A stretch of DNA of 64,000 bases. Source: Rhodosorus marinus CCMP1338. Taxonomy: Eukaryota; Plantae; Rhodophyta. The stretch is taken from NCBI GenBank assembly GCA_029953675.1, contig JAMWBK010000007.1, positions 558,001-622,000 of the forward strand, given 5' to 3'. Positions 62,397-64,000 of this stretch are shown here, piece by piece. A program made the position numbers and the translations under genes. The notes beneath the pieces were generated by a model. It worked only from the letters and a program-made list of their open reading frames with translations, made no database searches and was not told the DNA's origin. The first letter of the stretch is position 1; every line of letters starts with the position of its first letter.

Positions 62397-62590
62397 CTGC
62401 GTAAGTGTTTTACCGAACATCCTGAAGAATATCTTGTGCTTCTCCGCCGTTTAAGTATCGCACTCTGGAGGTATTCTAGCAACACGCTCGCCGAGGCGCG
62501 CCACCGTCGCCTGGGCTTACATGCTCTTCTTTCTAGCCCCTAGTTTCCCGTTACGTTTTGCGTAGCGCATCGGGCTATGTTAGCAAAGGA
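62397..62590 (+). mobile_element. 3' end of another CRE-like copy
   Basis: LRKCFTEHPEEYLVLLRRLSIALWRYSSNTLAEARHRRLGLHALLSSP* matches the 54 kb copy at 36/48 residues, followed by the homologous 3' UTR TTGCGTAGCGCATCGGGCTATGTTAGCAAAG. Confidence 0.9.
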
Positions 62591-63627
62591 AGGAAAGCCG
62601 ACTAGATGCGAAAATTTCATTCAGCCAAGGTCAGGCTACAGAGTCCATCAAACCGAAACACTCAACGATCAACAGTACCAAACTACTCGTTTGATTGCTT
62701 TTGCATGGTGCTTGCTCAGATACTTCGCATAGGATCAAAACTGTTTATTCAGCCTCTGAATCAGAGCCGACCTACCTTCCTATGCTGGTGAAACTGTAAT
62801 CAGAACAAAGCCACAGTGAATTTGTGGTCAGCTACCCAGCGCGTAGAGGCCAGAACGTAGAGGATATGAAAAATAAATCCCTGGACGGGGAGCGCCACTA
62901 CCATAACATCAGCAGATTTAGCCGATTCCGATTCCGATTCCGATTTCAGAAGGCTAGAACTTGTAAAGCAGCAAATCACGGGCTTCAAAGCGCCGCGATT
63001 AAGCTGTGACTCGCACATCCAGTTACGATAGCTACATGAAGTTTACTGCTCTTCAGCGCTTCCAAACATGATGGAATCCCAGGGAATCGAAAGCGCTAGA
63101 GGAATGAATCCCATCCGCTCTCAACTCTTTTGCCCATCCGACGTGCGCAACCCTATCTCGGGTCGGCCTCTGCCGTTCTCCATCTGCCTCAGCGTCCCAG
63201 AGGATTTTGCAGAAAAGACTATCAGAATGCAAAACGGTTATCTCGCCGGGTCCCGCTCCTTCGCCAAGCAACGAGTAGAACAGCGCTCTTCATATCCCGT
63301 CTCTGTCCTCGCTGCCTAGCGAGAATAAAGTTGTTTCGCTCCCCCACGCGCCTGCCACAGCGCTTCGACAGAGTCCCGGATCCGCGCTGCCGTACGCTCA
63401 AGCCCATTGGCAACGTAAGAATCGAGAACTAATTCGCGACGGTGATGAAGGTCCAGTCTTGCTCTGACGATGACATCAGTGATCAACGAGCCACGGTTCT
63501 CTCGGTCACAGCTGCGGCGACCGCTTCAGCTTTATTTCTGAACGCACAGATGTGAGAAAACTCTAATGCGAGTAGTAAACGATTGTTGCAGGTCATCGTA
63601 TCTTCCGTAAAGCATTCCTACAAGCTC

Positions 63628-64000
63628 CTAGTTCTCGTAGCAGCCTACGTCTGGCACTTCTCCGTTGGGACGTGTTTTTCTTCTCAGATCAAAGGCGGGG
63701 GGGGACTTTTCCCTCCATGCCCCGTTAATAGCTGGGGAAGAATCCTTGAGCTGATAATTGTGAGAAAGTTCGTCTTCAAACTCAAAATTCGACACCATGG
63801 TGATGCCCGATTTGATCTTCGCGATGCTACCACGCCGGCACATGTTACCCTCGTATTTGTCCCGGCTGATGTCTCCGTAGCGTGGGAAGGCCAAGTCGGA
63901 GTCATCTCGTGTTTGTACAATGTTATTGAACACCTTGACGTCGTTGCAAGAATTGATGGCCAATCCTGCTGCCGCTTGTCGCCCTTCCGCCTTGGAAGTC
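63628..64000 (-). CDS. C-terminus (5'-partial) of a right-handed beta-helix protein with a choice-of-anchor-Q-like end
   Basis: Frame open from the window edge: GLAINSCNDVKVFNNIV ... NYQLKDSSPAINGA...FDLRRKTRPNGEVPDVGCYEN*. This matches the bacterial L..GSPAIDAG...D..G..RP....DIGAYE signature. Confidence 0.8.
   Translation of the reverse strand, partial: TSKAEGRQAAAGLAINSCNDVKVFNNIVQTRDDSDLAFPRYGDISRDKYEGNMCRRGSIAKIKSGITMVSNFEFEDELSHNYQLKDSSPAINGAWREKSPPAFDLRRKTRPNGEVPDVGCYEN

Noticed and set aside
1-64000. tRNA, rRNA and telomeric arrays
   Set aside because: No cloverleaf with T-loop consensus, no rRNA signature and no telomere-repeat array recognised by eye; tRNAscan-SE or Infernal would be needed to exclude them fully.

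Overview
Compact eukaryotic nuclear DNA, most likely a red alga. The evidence is short GT-AG introns (about 75-175 bp), plastid transit peptides with an early Phe (MAF/MNF type), and nuclear phycobilisome-degradation genes. About 0.6-45.3 kb is gene-dense: RIBA, a Tat-targeted thylakoid lumen protein, PI4K, U2AF35, a TBC Rab-GAP, PMS2, Nup96, NblA, an Sfp-type PPTase, IST1, NblB, a CDV3-like protein, TFIIA-gamma, AVL9, a stand-alone BPL_N protein, Ataxin-2 and Tic20. From about 47.7 kb to the end the window becomes repeat-rich. It holds fragments of CRE-like (restriction-like endonuclease) non-LTR retrotransposons, a copia Gag remnant, an unidentified decayed multicopy coding family, minisatellites, a C2H2 zinc-finger gene and two bacterial-looking secreted proteins. 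The best leads are: (i) a spliced, transit-peptide-bearing nuclear nblA about 6 kb from nblB; (ii) an intronless Bacteroidetes-like propeller plus fascin gene flanked by direct repeats; (iii) a stand-alone chlamydial-like BPL_N gene; (iv) a perfect 38-bp intergenic hairpin. All family assignments come from my recognition of motifs; no database search was run. Exon boundaries were read by eye.
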